From a virus, in the IMG/VR virus record IMGVR_UViG_3300029682_000009, positions 1 through 45,946 of that record: a stretch of DNA of 45,946 bases; one strand, given 5' to 3'. A program made the translations under genes and the position numbers. Each line of letters begins with the position of its first letter. The first letter of the stretch is position 1. A model generated the notes under the pieces. That model worked only from the letters and a program-made list of their open reading frames with translations, was not told the origin of the DNA and did not search any database. This document shows positions 9,299 through 19,566 of the stretch, piece after piece.

Positions 9299-9719
9299 CT
9301 TCCGCGATATTCAACTTCTGAGGCGTGGTTTGGAGTGTGCAGCGGACCGCCTCCCAACCGGCATCGGAAAAATCTTCAATCACCGCAGTGATCAGCCACT
9401 GGCCTCCCTTGGAGTCTTCGACATAATCTCCCGACCTCGCTAATGGCCTATAGATTGCCCAAGGTCGCTGCTTCTGGTCGCTCGATGCGAAGAGATACAG
9501 GCGCCGGATGATGGTGTTCTGTCCGGCTAAGTTGGCATGATCCAACGCGCTATCGCCTTCGCTTTGAAAATTCCCTTGAATCTCCTCTGCTGGTGCGTAA
9601 TACGCTTGGACAATCCCTCCTACATTCTTTTGACCGACCGATCGATACAGCTTGAAGGTTTCGTCAGCATAGTTGGCGTTTATTGCCTGACGGACAATTG
9701 CATGTAGGTTGAGAGACAT
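9237..9719 (-). CDS. Head-tail joining protein
   Basis: Start set at MSLNLHAIVRQ (TAATG overlap with upstream stop). Confidence 0.5.
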   Translation of the reverse strand: MSLNLHAIVRQAINANYADETFKLYRSVGQKNVGGIVQAYYAPAEEIQGNFQSEGDSALDHANLAGQNTIIRRLYLFASSDQKQRPWAIYRPLARSGDYVEDSKGGQWLITAVIEDFSDAGWEAVRCTLQTTPQKLNIAEDEDESTKPDPEHPDSNPGVS

Positions 9720-10294
9720 TAGGAAACCTTCCAAGTTATTGAGCTTTGCAGGACGCCACTCAGCGTCAAAGGCTTCGTGGTCATCACGTTATTAGGCAGA
9801 GTGCCTTTCCCTTTAGCTTTCTTGGCCTTGTCCATTTCTCCTCTTGCCTGCATCAGTGCCATCGTTAGCTCTGATCGTTTAGGAAATGAACCAGCAGGAA
9901 TACCTGCTTCTCGAATCGTTTGCTTGATGTCATCGGTAGCCATTTGCCCCATGACGCCTAACGAATGCGTTATGTCGAACGTTTTTAGGAAGCGGGACCT
10001 AAATTTCTCCTGCCAATCCATTCGTTTTTGAGCGTATGTGGCTCTCATAAACGGACGCGGAGGCATGTACAGGGTCGTGAATTTGCTGTTCGGAGGAAGT
10101 CCTAGCTGGGCTGACAGATAGTGTCCTTGCTTACTCGTCACTGATTGGGGCCACCCATATTCCAAATACATCCCAATGGTGGCAATGTCCGGAATCATTA
10201 TTCCGACCTCTAGTTTTTTATTGCTATCGGCCTTGAGTTTCTCTGACAGCTTTTTGAACGCATTGTTAGATGTGATTTTGATGCCCATCATCAT
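9719..10294 (-). CDS. Head-tail joining protein
   Basis: Start set at MMMGIKITSNN, ATGA overlap with upstream stop 10291..10293. Confidence 0.5.
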   Translation of the reverse strand: MMMGIKITSNNAFKKLSEKLKADSNKKLEVGIMIPDIATIGMYLEYGWPQSVTSKQGHYLSAQLGLPPNSKFTTLYMPPRPFMRATYAQKRMDWQEKFRSRFLKTFDITHSLGVMGQMATDDIKQTIREAGIPAGSFPKRSELTMALMQARGEMDKAKKAKGKGTLPNNVMTTKPLTLSGVLQSSITWKVS

Positions 10295-10719
10295 CCCCAC
10301 GGATGGTAATTGTTTCCCGGATAAACTCGGCCGCCGATTCGGTATTTGGCAGTCAGCGTCCAGTACATGGCGCCGCATTGTGTTTGAGCCCACCAATCTC
10401 CGACAAAAGTATTCGTTTTCAGAAGATCAAAGCTGGTACTCACACTTCCCTGCGTAGCACTAGCAATCCTGCCAACCTGACCGTTCGGCTGCTGGCTGAG
10501 TGTCAGCAGGTGGCAGGTTGCAAGATCAAGAAGGCGCTCCCTTGTATAGATCTTGTTGTCCGGATCATAGGGAGCAAAGCTGTCGGCGTCCGTATTCCCC
10601 ACGAACTCCACCGCCACATCAAAGTAGAACTGAAGAGTTTCGTCCGGGAATTTAACTTCATCCGAAAACGCAGGATGAAGGATTCGAAATTTTTCAGGAT
10701 CAAAGACGACGACAGCCAT
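10291..10719 (-). CDS. Head-tail connector protein (DUF4054-like recall)
   Basis: MAVVVFDPEKFRILHPAFSDEVKFPDETLQFYFDVAVEFVGNT; start 10719 or 10752 uncertain. Confidence 0.55.
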   Translation of the reverse strand: MAVVVFDPEKFRILHPAFSDEVKFPDETLQFYFDVAVEFVGNTDADSFAPYDPDNKIYTRERLLDLATCHLLTLSQQPNGQVGRIASATQGSVSTSFDLLKTNTFVGDWWAQTQCGAMYWTLTAKYRIGGRVYPGNNYHPWG

Positions 10720-10723
10720 TTTG

Positions 10724-11197
10724 TTAACCTTCTTCGTTCTTAACTTCTTCAACGTTGACCGATTCAGGATCGATCGGATTGAGGCCGTGGGACGCTTCTT
10801 TTAACTCGTCCTCGCGGCCTCTGAATTCTTGAACTGATTTCATCTCAAGCAGGCACGGAATACCGCCATTCACGCCTGTGAATACAGCCTCCTGACCATG
10901 CATGCTCTTGATGTTTTCCCAGTCCTCTTTATCGATCTGGAATGCGACAGAGTTTCCCTTGCCCAGCAGGATCCCGTCACGTTTTCCTCTAAGCGAATCA
11001 TTTACGCCCGGAAAAACGATCGTTTTTGTTCCGCCATTGCCATTCGGCACATCATCAAATTTGAGGCCGTGTGCCAGAGTGCAAGCAATGATCACCGTGG
11101 ACTGAGTTTTAGCAGTGCTCTTCTTCTGGGTATTGCTGAAATTGTCTGCGACAACCTTTCCGGATGTTGCTTTCTGAGTTGTGTTTGTACGAGCCAT
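10724..11197 (-). CDS. Head-associated protein of unknown function
   Basis: 157-aa ORF after the capsid-gene attenuator, good RBS AGGAGA. Confidence 0.5.
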   Translation of the reverse strand: MARTNTTQKATSGKVVADNFSNTQKKSTAKTQSTVIIACTLAHGLKFDDVPNGNGGTKTIVFPGVNDSLRGKRDGILLGKGNSVAFQIDKEDWENIKSMHGQEAVFTGVNGGIPCLLEMKSVQEFRGREDELKEASHGLNPIDPESVNVEEVKNEEG

Positions 11198-11211
11198 TAT
11201 TTCAATCTCCT

Positions 11212-11240
11212 AAGAAAGAGGCCCGAGAGATCGGGCCTCC
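11212..11240 (-). terminator. Hairpin attenuator after major capsid gene
   Basis: Minus strand GAGGCCCGA-TCTC-TCGGGCCTC followed by TTTCTT. Confidence 0.55.
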
Positions 11241-11258
11241 GTAGCTGGTTAGTTCAGG

Positions 11259-12332
11259 TTAGATGCCGAGCATCGTGGCAACGAGGCTGGGACGACGAAT
11301 AACAGCGCCCCAAGTTCCGCCAACGACCTTTTGCTTGTAGCTTGACATTTCCGGAACCACACGACCCAAGAAATACTTCTCAGAGAATGCGCAGATACCA
11401 GTCTCAATGCCAAACAGGTCAGGAACAGTCATGTACAGCATTTCACCAGCCGTTGTAGTCAGCTCAGGAAGCTGAACAACCTCGATGTTGGGGAATGACT
11501 GCTTGAGCATAGTCATAGCCGTAAGACCGAAGGAGTTCGGCTCGGTCAGGTAAGGAGCTCTGGTGTTGCTGACAGCGAGAATGATGCGGGAGTTCTGATC
11601 AACCAAACCGCCGTTATTCTTGCTAATTTCAGCCCAAAGCTTGTTAATGTCGTTATAGACAATGTTGGCAGTCTTCTCAGGCTGTGCAGCGCACTTTGCT
11701 GTCCACGTAGAGTTAGCGGTAGATCCCGTGGTGATGGAGATCGGAGAAATCGAAGCGTTCAGGTTCGGGTCATTTAACAGACCGTAGACCTTCTTACCTT
11801 CGACACCATAAAGCGCAAACTTGTTGTGAGCCATCGCCATAACGTAGGCAGAGGCCTGTTGTTTAGAAGAAACAACATTCAACTTGGCCTTAGCCGCAAG
11901 ACCCACCTCACGATCACCATACTTGATGACAGTTTGGAACAAGAAGTTTTCGCGAGTCGGGTACTCCACGTTCACATCTGTAGAGACGTTCTCCGCGAAG
12001 TCAGAGTAAGGAGTCACATTGCCCGCATACTCTTCGACCGGGAAGGTGAAGAAGTTATCTGTCCAGTCACCCTTTCTTTCTTCGCCGAAAATCTTTGTAG
12101 CGTTCTGGGCGGCAAACAGGATGGGGACGACCTGCGGGTCAATGAATGTCGTGAAGACTGACGGGACGCCGACAGACACAGGAGTCTGCAATGCAGCATC
12201 TCGAGCCATTGCCTTAACCGTTGCATCGTAATCGACGTTGATCTTACCTTTGGCGTCTGTGGAATAGGACATGAATCCTTTTGCTTCCACACCATGCACG
12301 CCTTTTTGCTTTGCTAATTCAAAATCGTTCAT
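11259..12332 (-). CDS. Major capsid protein
   Basis: 357 aa, follows protease/scaffold and small decoration-like gene; followed by attenuator hairpin typical of abundant capsid genes. Confidence 0.75.
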   Translation of the reverse strand: MNDFELAKQKGVHGVEAKGFMSYSTDAKGKINVDYDATVKAMARDAALQTPVSVGVPSVFTTFIDPQVVPILFAAQNATKIFGEERKGDWTDNFFTFPVEEYAGNVTPYSDFAENVSTDVNVEYPTRENFLFQTVIKYGDREVGLAAKAKLNVVSSKQQASAYVMAMAHNKFALYGVEGKKVYGLLNDPNLNASISPISITTGSTANSTWTAKCAAQPEKTANIVYNDINKLWAEISKNNGGLVDQNSRIILAVSNTRAPYLTEPNSFGLTAMTMLKQSFPNIEVVQLPELTTTAGEMLYMTVPDLFGIETGICAFSEKYFLGRVVPEMSSYKQKVVGGTWGAVIRRPSLVATMLGI

Positions 12333-12345
12333 TTTTTACCTCAGA

Positions 12346-12861
12346 TTAGGATCCACTCGCGGCAGGCTGATAACCGAGGCCGTGATTGGAAATGATGATC
12401 GTGTCGCCTTTTGCGCCAGCCGTCTGAACCGTCCAACCAGTGTCATTTGCGGCGCCGGCATCACCAAACGTGATGGCGCCGGTAGTCGGATCACAGAGAA
12501 CAGCTTGACCGAGAGTTGCGGCCGCAGGTGCGACGATGTAGTAATCGCCTCTCACTGCAATCGTCAGTTCAGATCCTTTCGGATAAATGTCCGGAGTATC
12601 TGTGCCCAGCTCGATGGACGCCGTGAACGTGCGCTCAACAAAACCGATCGGTTTGGCCCCTGCAGAGCCCTTCAAGGATGCGATTGGGAATTTCACGGCT
12701 GTTCCGGTTGGGGAGGCGGCTACAGCAAACGCAAAACCACCGCATTGGACAGTACCGTCAGACAAGTAGTTCTGAGGCGTGTAGACGGCCTGATTGAATG
12801 CAACCTGCTGTCCCGGAATACCGATAGCAGGATAGAGACCTACAGATTTTTGAAGCATCAA
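12346..12861 (-). CDS. Head decoration/cement-like protein
   Basis: 171 aa Gly/Ala-rich beta-type sequence between scaffold and capsid genes; call by position. Confidence 0.45.
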   Translation of the reverse strand: MMLQKSVGLYPAIGIPGQQVAFNQAVYTPQNYLSDGTVQCGGFAFAVAASPTGTAVKFPIASLKGSAGAKPIGFVERTFTASIELGTDTPDIYPKGSELTIAVRGDYYIVAPAAATLGQAVLCDPTTGAITFGDAGAANDTGWTVQTAGAKGDTIIISNHGLGYQPAASGS

Positions 12862-12873
12862 AAAATCTCCTAT

Positions 12874-14331
12874 TTATTTAACATTGTTCAAAATTGCGCT
12901 GACGGCAGTCGGCTTCTCGGTCACCTTGGCGCCGGAGTCTTTCGCACCAGCTAAGGCCTTTCGACCCTGCATGTAGGCGCGATACGCAGAACGAGCTTCG
13001 GATGCGGGGATGTTTTTCAAACCGAGTTTCTTGAGTGCTGCCACATAGATGGAACCTGCGGAGTCATAGGATCCGGCACGGATAACACCTAACACCGGCT
13101 TGACTTCTTCGATTGCGGCCAGTTCAGAGTAGATGGCGTTTCGGAGAATCTTCATGGAGTCAGAGGCAGAACTCTTTTCTTCTTTGCCATCATCAGGTTT
13201 CGGATCTTCATCTTGTGCGCCTTCATCTTTCTTCTGGGCGTAATTCAATCCGGCAGCAAAAGCCTTCTTCTCTTCTTCAGAAGCTTCATCAAGACCACAG
13301 GATTTCAATGCATCTTCCGCTTCTTTTTCGAGATAGCGTTCTTCGCCTTCGCGTTCGTGATCAGAATCGATGCGTTTAGGATCGTCCTTTTCACGTTTTT
13401 CGCCGTAGAGAACGCCAGCTTCAAAACCAGCCTTGAAGTTCGGATCCTTCATCTTTTCATCAAGTTCCGGATCGTCGTCCTGGGCCTCTTTTTGTTCATC
13501 GGGCTTAGGATCTTCGTCTCCTGTAGCCTGAGAGTAAGCCAGGTCAGACAGAGTGGTCTTAAGCTTTTCAGCTTCTTCGTCCGTCAGGCCTTTTGCCTTC
13601 AGTCCTTCGATGATTTTTTGAATCATCGCGTCTTTGTCATCATCTTGAGCGCCGTCAACGATTTTTCCGTTAGGATCAACGGAATGCAAATCGATAATCG
13701 CCTTTGCTAACGTCACTTCAGCCTGCTCAACAGCGTCATCTTTTTCCATATTGAGAAAGTCCTTATTAGAATCGCGAACTCTTACCTCAGGCCCAGCGCG
13801 CCCAGTTTCAACAAGCGCAAGATGGTTCGCTCTGATCTTGCGTTGCACATAGTCGTATTTCTCTCCATCAGGTGTCTCACCCGGCGAGAAGTCGGGCTCG
13901 AACGTGTACGCAAGACTCAACTCACGCATTGAACCGTCTTCGATCCTGCTGCGTGCGTCCTTGTCGTAAATGTGCAGAGAGTTAACTAAAAACGGAGCCT
14001 CAAAAGCTCCGTCCGTTCCGGTAGTGCCGACCCGAGTTTGTTTGTTCTCGGGGGCTCCGTGATCATCGTGATGCTCAAGATGAATCGGGATACCGTTAAT
14101 TGATTGAATCGTTTCGGGAGAGCTGAGTTCTTCGGGCGGTCGATAGGCGTGATAAATCTTCTCCGGATCAAGTCCGAGCTCTCGCCAGCCAGCGATTTCT
14201 TTTCCGTAATACGGAGCAACTTGAACACGCGTCAGCGGAGATTTTTCGACATGAAGGAATCCATTGTCATCTACGGTTCTGACGCTTGTAGAGTCAAGTG
14301 CAACACTTCTGCTTTCTTTACTTGTTTCCAC
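12874..14331 (-). CDS. Prohead protease/scaffold protein (DUF2213-like recall)
   Basis: GTG start with AGGAG RBS; N-terminus DDNGFLHVEKSPLTRVQVAPYYGKEIAGW...IPIHLEHH; acidic repeats GDEDPKPDEQKE / QDEDPKPDDGKE in centre. Confidence 0.65.
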   Translation of the reverse strand: METSKESRSVALDSTSVRTVDDNGFLHVEKSPLTRVQVAPYYGKEIAGWRELGLDPEKIYHAYRPPEELSSPETIQSINGIPIHLEHHDDHGAPENKQTRVGTTGTDGAFEAPFLVNSLHIYDKDARSRIEDGSMRELSLAYTFEPDFSPGETPDGEKYDYVQRKIRANHLALVETGRAGPEVRVRDSNKDFLNMEKDDAVEQAEVTLAKAIIDLHSVDPNGKIVDGAQDDDKDAMIQKIIEGLKAKGLTDEEAEKLKTTLSDLAYSQATGDEDPKPDEQKEAQDDDPELDEKMKDPNFKAGFEAGVLYGEKREKDDPKRIDSDHEREGEERYLEKEAEDALKSCGLDEASEEEKKAFAAGLNYAQKKDEGAQDEDPKPDDGKEEKSSASDSMKILRNAIYSELAAIEEVKPVLGVIRAGSYDSAGSIYVAALKKLGLKNIPASEARSAYRAYMQGRKALAGAKDSGAKVTEKPTAVSAILNNVK

Positions 14332-14477
14332 TTCTTCTGCTCCTAGCCCATAAATTCAAAATCTCCTAAACCGTTTCTTCTTCACGGGCTAAAATATCGA
14401 CAAGTCGAAATAAGCCTCTTCCGTACTCCTGGATTTTGATTTCAGACCGGTACGGATTGAGGCTTTTTCGCTTTTGA

Positions 14478-15374
14478 TTAATCAGGTAACACGGCCCTGA
14501 ATTGGCACCTGCAAAAATAAAGTTCTCCTGGCATCACATTTCTTCCGACTTCTTTGTCGTACATGCCCTTAGACAAATCAAACTCTTTTCCATTCATTTC
14601 GATGTGACTCTCTCGGCTTGTGTACTTGCCGGGGACGTGAATCCAAATTCCGCGAGTGACACCGAGACCTTTGCAATTAGCCTGCTGAATCTGCTGATTC
14701 AGTTTTAGCGTTTGGTCAATTGCCACACGCTGAGCTCGTTGAGCCGTGAATGAAGAAGATCGTCCAAGGGCCTCGACAATCTGCGAGTAGGTCCCGTGAC
14801 CTTCATACGCATCCATAAAAGCACCACGGATATTTGCAAGCTCGGATGTTGTGATGTTGCTGATGAGACTTGTCGTGTCGGCGACCATACGCGGAAGCTC
14901 ATTCACTGCCTGTGGTGTAATGAAAAAGTGCTTCCGCGTCTGCCTCATCTCGTAGGCAAAAACCGAAGCCGGAACTCCTGCAGCCAGCAGTGATGCTTTC
15001 TGAGCCGTTGAGACATCAGTAGCGAGATTCTTCACGTACCATTCCGCGATCTGACGCGTTTCCCGATCTGCGGTTTTCATCCAGTTACCCATGTTGCGGG
15101 CGATGAAGTCATCAACATTGCGACGGAATCGATCAGGATCACGAAGAACCAAGCGGTTGATTCGTTCCTTGATATTCCGAAGCCGTGCGCGATCGAGAGG
15201 ATCATCCGGACGGAACGTTAAGGAAGCGTCCTCGGTCAATCCTCCAGCATCAGACAGATAAAGAAGTATCTCGTTGAGAATCCTATTTCTGAAGGACTTC
15301 AAGAAGGTGTCGAGCTTCCTTTTGAACTTCGCTTGTCTGCCTAGATTCGGCTGAACGGCACGAGCAGTCTTCAT
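14478..15374 (-). CDS. Head morphogenesis protein (Mu F / SPP1 gp7 family)
   Basis: C-terminal SHIEMNGKEF...PGELYFCRCQ motif; follows portal. Confidence 0.7.
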   Translation of the reverse strand: MKTARAVQPNLGRQAKFKRKLDTFLKSFRNRILNEILLYLSDAGGLTEDASLTFRPDDPLDRARLRNIKERINRLVLRDPDRFRRNVDDFIARNMGNWMKTADRETRQIAEWYVKNLATDVSTAQKASLLAAGVPASVFAYEMRQTRKHFFITPQAVNELPRMVADTTSLISNITTSELANIRGAFMDAYEGHGTYSQIVEALGRSSSFTAQRAQRVAIDQTLKLNQQIQQANCKGLGVTRGIWIHVPGKYTSRESHIEMNGKEFDLSKGMYDKEVGRNVMPGELYFCRCQFRAVLPD

Positions 15375-16960
15375 TAGAAAATCTCTCCAGCTTTGTCTTC
15401 ATCAGTCTTCGGCGCCGGCGCCACGTTCTCAGCCGATCGCTGTTTCAGGAAGTTGTTCATCAGCTCATTCTGCTGACTGGGATCGTCCGTCATGAGCTCC
15501 CCTTCCATTCCTTCAGGCAATTCCTCAGGAATGAAATCGAGACCCATATCCGAATCACGACGAACAAACTCACGAACCTCTTCAGCGCTCAGAACATTGC
15601 GATCCTGCAACACAGCCAACATGTCGACCTTTGTCTTAGCTGTGATTGCTGTAGCAGCGGCATCAGCTTCTCCAAGCTCATTGAACTTGAATGTAACGGA
15701 CGGATCAACATGACCAAATTCGACAAGCTGAATGGCCTTCAAGACGGTTTGTATTGCGTCTCGATTGAGCTCCTGCTTCGACTTGATATGGTCGTAATAG
15801 TTCCGGATGTCACTCTGTCCGGTCGCGTTGAAACCACTCGGAGAGATTCCGAGGAGCTTGACCGCCGGCGTTCGGTTGATAGCCGCAATGAATTCCAATG
15901 CCTGCCGGATGATGCCTTCAACTCCTGAGATCGTCAGAGTGATGTTCTGCAGATCCTCCGAAGAGTCACATGCAAAAATGGCCTCATTCGAACGGTAACG
16001 CTGTAGAAGCATCATCTTCGCGTCTAACTGCTCAATCCCGCCAGCCTCAAAAGCCTCAGCGAAATTTGTTTTGAATACCGTGAGGTTGAGTTTCTCCAGA
16101 ATGCTGACCCCTGTTTCCCGGGCTTTGTTCCAGTGGAGAACGTAATCCCAAAGGATCTGAGCCTGTGGGATTCCAAGGAAGTTATAGGCAGGCCTCAGAA
16201 GCAGCGGAGGTTCATTGTCAACTAGTCGAATAAGACGAGATGCATGCACCTCTTGGCCAAGAACGAACCAAGATCTCGGCTTCAAATAATCGTCTTTGAG
16301 CGGCTGGCTGGCGTTGTAAAATCCCGGCGAGACATTGACCGGATCAATAACGATAAATTTGATCGCCTTATCCTCGCCCACTAGCTCGGCTGACTTGTCG
16401 GAATAATTGAGAGGAAGCTTTAGCGCTTCTCCTTCAACTCCTGTGTCAACGAAAATGAAACATCCTCCCATGAAACCAACAATGCTCAGAGCTTCATTAA
16501 AGAGCTTCCTCAGTCGATATTTGTTCTCCTGAAGATCTTGTAGCTTCTTTACGTTGTCTGCCGATTCGTCTTCTCCGCCCTCGACCTGAATCCATTCCCG
16601 GCACATATCATCTGCAACGGTCTGAATGCAGGTGCGGATCATGCCGTTCTGGGCGATATTCTGCAGGACGCCGTAGCCGACGAATGAAGTCATCGGGAAC
16701 TGGCCTAAATCCAAAGCGTGCTGTGTCAGTGAGGCATAGTACGCATTGAAACTCGAGCCAATCGCGGCATCATTTGTAAAACGAGACTCTTCTTTCTCCG
16801 GCTCTTTTGTGTTCAAGGTAATCGGAGGATAAAAGAGCGTTTTGGCCTCTTCGGTTGAGAACGATCTTCTAGGAGGCACGAAGCGAGAGCTTACCGCATC
16901 GATGATCTTTTGATTGATCTTTCGGCGTTTGTTTTCGTCTAGTTGATTCATGATTTTCAA
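15374..16960 (-). CDS. Portal protein
   Basis: 528 aa, ATGA overlap with TerL stop, acidic C-terminus; canonical position. Confidence 0.8.
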   Translation of the reverse strand: MKIMNQLDENKRRKINQKIIDAVSSRFVPPRRSFSTEEAKTLFYPPITLNTKEPEKEESRFTNDAAIGSSFNAYYASLTQHALDLGQFPMTSFVGYGVLQNIAQNGMIRTCIQTVADDMCREWIQVEGGEDESADNVKKLQDLQENKYRLRKLFNEALSIVGFMGGCFIFVDTGVEGEALKLPLNYSDKSAELVGEDKAIKFIVIDPVNVSPGFYNASQPLKDDYLKPRSWFVLGQEVHASRLIRLVDNEPPLLLRPAYNFLGIPQAQILWDYVLHWNKARETGVSILEKLNLTVFKTNFAEAFEAGGIEQLDAKMMLLQRYRSNEAIFACDSSEDLQNITLTISGVEGIIRQALEFIAAINRTPAVKLLGISPSGFNATGQSDIRNYYDHIKSKQELNRDAIQTVLKAIQLVEFGHVDPSVTFKFNELGEADAAATAITAKTKVDMLAVLQDRNVLSAEEVREFVRRDSDMGLDFIPEELPEGMEGELMTDDPSQQNELMNNFLKQRSAENVAPAPKTDEDKAGEIF

Positions 16961-18405
16961 AATCTAAAACGTGCCTGCTGCATCTGCTCTCGGGTCAAAA
17001 TGACGCCTGAGCCGTTGCGGAAATAGTTCAATGCCTGAGTTGTGCTATCTACCTGGTCATCGTGAGAACCCGCAGGAAACTCAAGCAACTCACTGACGTA
17101 ATGCGGCACCCAAGGCGCTTCAGTGTCTTCCGGAATAAAAACATTCCCTGCCTCGAAGTAAGGAGTGACGGACGATGCCCTTGCCTCCTTTGATTCGGTG
17201 GGCGTTATCGGAACAAACCCAGAAACCGTAGATTTCAGCTCTGAAATAACCGCCGAGCCGTTAGCTTTGTCTTCAACCAGTTTCCGGACAACACGCGGCC
17301 ACTTTTGTGCAAGAACGCGGACCATCTCTTTTGTCTTCACAAAATCCCATTGGCCTCGTACTTGATCAAGCAGGTAAAAATTCGGACCTTTTTTGCCCCA
17401 AACCTGACCGACCACATAGTCGGAGTTTTTGGAATCCTTGAACGTCATATCCCACGACATGAGCGTATGGTCAAACTCGGGAGGCAGGCTTGATGCTGTC
17501 CATCGTCTAAACCATTCAAGTTTGAACAAAGCTCCGCCATCGGGCACTGGATGCTGCTGATACAGAGCCTCCCAATCTCGACTGCCTATCGTTTTCTGGA
17601 TCTGCAGCAGAGTTGAGAGCGGATAACGCTCAGGATGCAGAGCTTCCCCAGCTTTGCGGTGTAATTCGTCATGCTCGGCGATAGCCGGATAATTTACGAT
17701 CCGGAATGTATCGCCCTCTCCCATCCTCTGGATCAGTCGACCAATCAGATCGTCTGTGTGCCAACGGGTGGCCATTACGATGACTCCACCTCCGGGAGAC
17801 AGTCGGGTGTAGGCGGTAGATGTGTACCAGTCCCAAATGGAGTCTCGGATAGTCTTAGAACCTGCTTGAGCTCGGTCTTTAATCGGGTCGTCGATAATCA
17901 AAATATCGGCACCCTGACCCGTTATACCGCCACCCACACCGCAAGAACGATAGGCGCCGGCATGACCAACAATCTCGAAGAGGTCAGAGGTTCTTATATA
18001 CGATCCTCGGGAGTCGGTACGCACTCTCGAATTGCTGAGCCGAGTATTCGGGAACAGCTCAAAGTATTTCTCATCATCTATTACGCGTTGAACATCTCTG
18101 TTGAAGCGCTGTGATAGGTCTGAAGAATACGATGTTGCGATGATTTGAAGTTCTGGATTTCTCCCAAGAGCAAAAGCCGGAAAGCGCCTAGAAACAAGCT
18201 CACTCTTCCCGGATCTCGGAGGCATCGTGATAATTAGCCGAGGAGACTTTTTATCTGCCACGTCCTGCAGAAACCTGTCCAGCTCATCACAAATTTCTTT
18301 GTGTACCCAGCCGAGCAGGTAGTCAGGTTTTGTGTGCAGTGTGAAAAAAGACAGGCCCTTACGGGCCTTAGCTAGTCTGATCTCCTGTATCGTTGGAAGC
18401 CGCAT
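16957..18405 (-). CDS. terL: Terminase large subunit
   Basis: Walker A ITMPPRSGKS, Walker B ILIIDDP, C-terminal nuclease-type acidic residues. Confidence 0.85.
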   Translation of the reverse strand: MRLPTIQEIRLAKARKGLSFFTLHTKPDYLLGWVHKEICDELDRFLQDVADKKSPRLIITMPPRSGKSELVSRRFPAFALGRNPELQIIATSYSSDLSQRFNRDVQRVIDDEKYFELFPNTRLSNSRVRTDSRGSYIRTSDLFEIVGHAGAYRSCGVGGGITGQGADILIIDDPIKDRAQAGSKTIRDSIWDWYTSTAYTRLSPGGGVIVMATRWHTDDLIGRLIQRMGEGDTFRIVNYPAIAEHDELHRKAGEALHPERYPLSTLLQIQKTIGSRDWEALYQQHPVPDGGALFKLEWFRRWTASSLPPEFDHTLMSWDMTFKDSKNSDYVVGQVWGKKGPNFYLLDQVRGQWDFVKTKEMVRVLAQKWPRVVRKLVEDKANGSAVISELKSTVSGFVPITPTESKEARASSVTPYFEAGNVFIPEDTEAPWVPHYVSELLEFPAGSHDDQVDSTTQALNYFRNGSGVILTREQMQQARFRF

Positions 18406-18817
18406 TCACAATACCCTCCAGCGCGTCTAACTGTTCCAAGGTGAGCTTGCTTAGATCCAGCTGGTTAACCTTATCGACCTTGACCGGTTCACCGTCTTTT
18501 CCAGTGATCTCCTTCCTGTCAGTCTCTTTCCACCCACAGCGACTCTTCATGTAAAAAATGGTCGCTGCCGGATTGCCCTCCCTAATGAGGGACATTAGTT
18601 TTCCGCCCACAAAGGCGTTTGCCTTAGCCTTTCCCTTTTTTATGGCGGTGGCAAAATTGGCAAAATCTTTTTTTCGATTTCTCAAGGTCCGATAACTGAT
18701 CCCGAGCGCGAGAGCGATCTCTTCCTCGTTGTCACAAACCTGAGCCAGTTGTTCAACCTTCTCTAAGTCAATCTGAATGCGTGGACGAGTCCGCTTCTTT
18801 TGAACTTTTTCTTCCAT
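18368..18817 (-). CDS. terS: Terminase small subunit
   Basis: 149 aa with HTH ALALGISYRTLRNRKK, directly upstream of TerL. Confidence 0.7.
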   Translation of the reverse strand: MEEKVQKKRTRPRIQIDLEKVEQLAQVCDNEEEIALALGISYRTLRNRKKDFANFATAIKKGKAKANAFVGGKLMSLIREGNPAATIFYMKSRCGWKETDRKEITGKDGEPVKVDKVNQLDLSKLTLEQLDALEGIVNAASNDTGDQTS

Positions 18818-18836
18818 GCCATCATCCTGCCTCTAG

Positions 18837-19415
18837 TTAACTGGTCATATCGATGATCTTCTGAATTAAATCCTCGGGTCCGAAACTCTTAACGAAATCC
18901 TGAACCTGCTCTTTGTATTCGATCGGAATTGAGAGCGTCAGATTAAAGCTATCTGCCTCGGGCTCCTCTTTTTCCGGTTCTTCCTCTTCCTCAGCGAGTT
19001 CGGTAGTTCCACACAACAAAGCGTTCAACTCTTCGTCTGAGAAACCAGTGACCGGCGCCAAATCTGTATCCTGCAATTCCTGCAGCTCAATTCTCAGGAG
19101 ATCAATATCCCAACCGGAATTAAGAGCAATTCGGTTATCTGCAAGGATGAAAGCCTTCTTCTGAGCTTCAGACAATCCGGTTAATTCAATTGTCGGTATT
19201 ACCTTCAGCCCGAGTTTCTTAGCCGCCTTCAAGCGTCCATGTCCGGCAATAACTCCGCCCTGTTCATCAACCAGGATTGGATTGTTGAACCCAAATTCCT
19301 TGATCGAACTGGCGATTTGATTCACCTGTTCCTCAGAATGCGTCCGGGCATTGTTTGCATACGGAATCAGGTCATTGACCGGCCTGTAGAGAATTTTGAG
19401 TTCAGATTCTTTCAT
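18837..19415 (-). CDS. ParB-like nuclease domain protein
   Basis: YRPVNDLIPYANNARTHSEEQVNQIASSIKEFGFNNPILVDEQGGVIAGHGRLKAAKKLG; acidic C-terminal tail. Confidence 0.7.
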   Translation of the reverse strand: MKESELKILYRPVNDLIPYANNARTHSEEQVNQIASSIKEFGFNNPILVDEQGGVIAGHGRLKAAKKLGLKVIPTIELTGLSEAQKKAFILADNRIALNSGWDIDLLRIELQELQDTDLAPVTGFSDEELNALLCGTTELAEEEEEPEKEEPEADSFNLTLSIPIEYKEQVQDFVKSFGPEDLIQKIIDMTS

Positions 19416-19566
19416 AGCTTAAAAAAGGTGCGCCCGACATCTTTCAGCCGAGCGCAACCCCAACCAACCCCAAGGAGATAGTTTGTTAAGGCGGTTTTCT
19501 CCGCCATTCTCGTCAGGAGAATTAGAAATCCAGCGGAGTGAGCATCGTTTCCATAAGAATGAAAAG

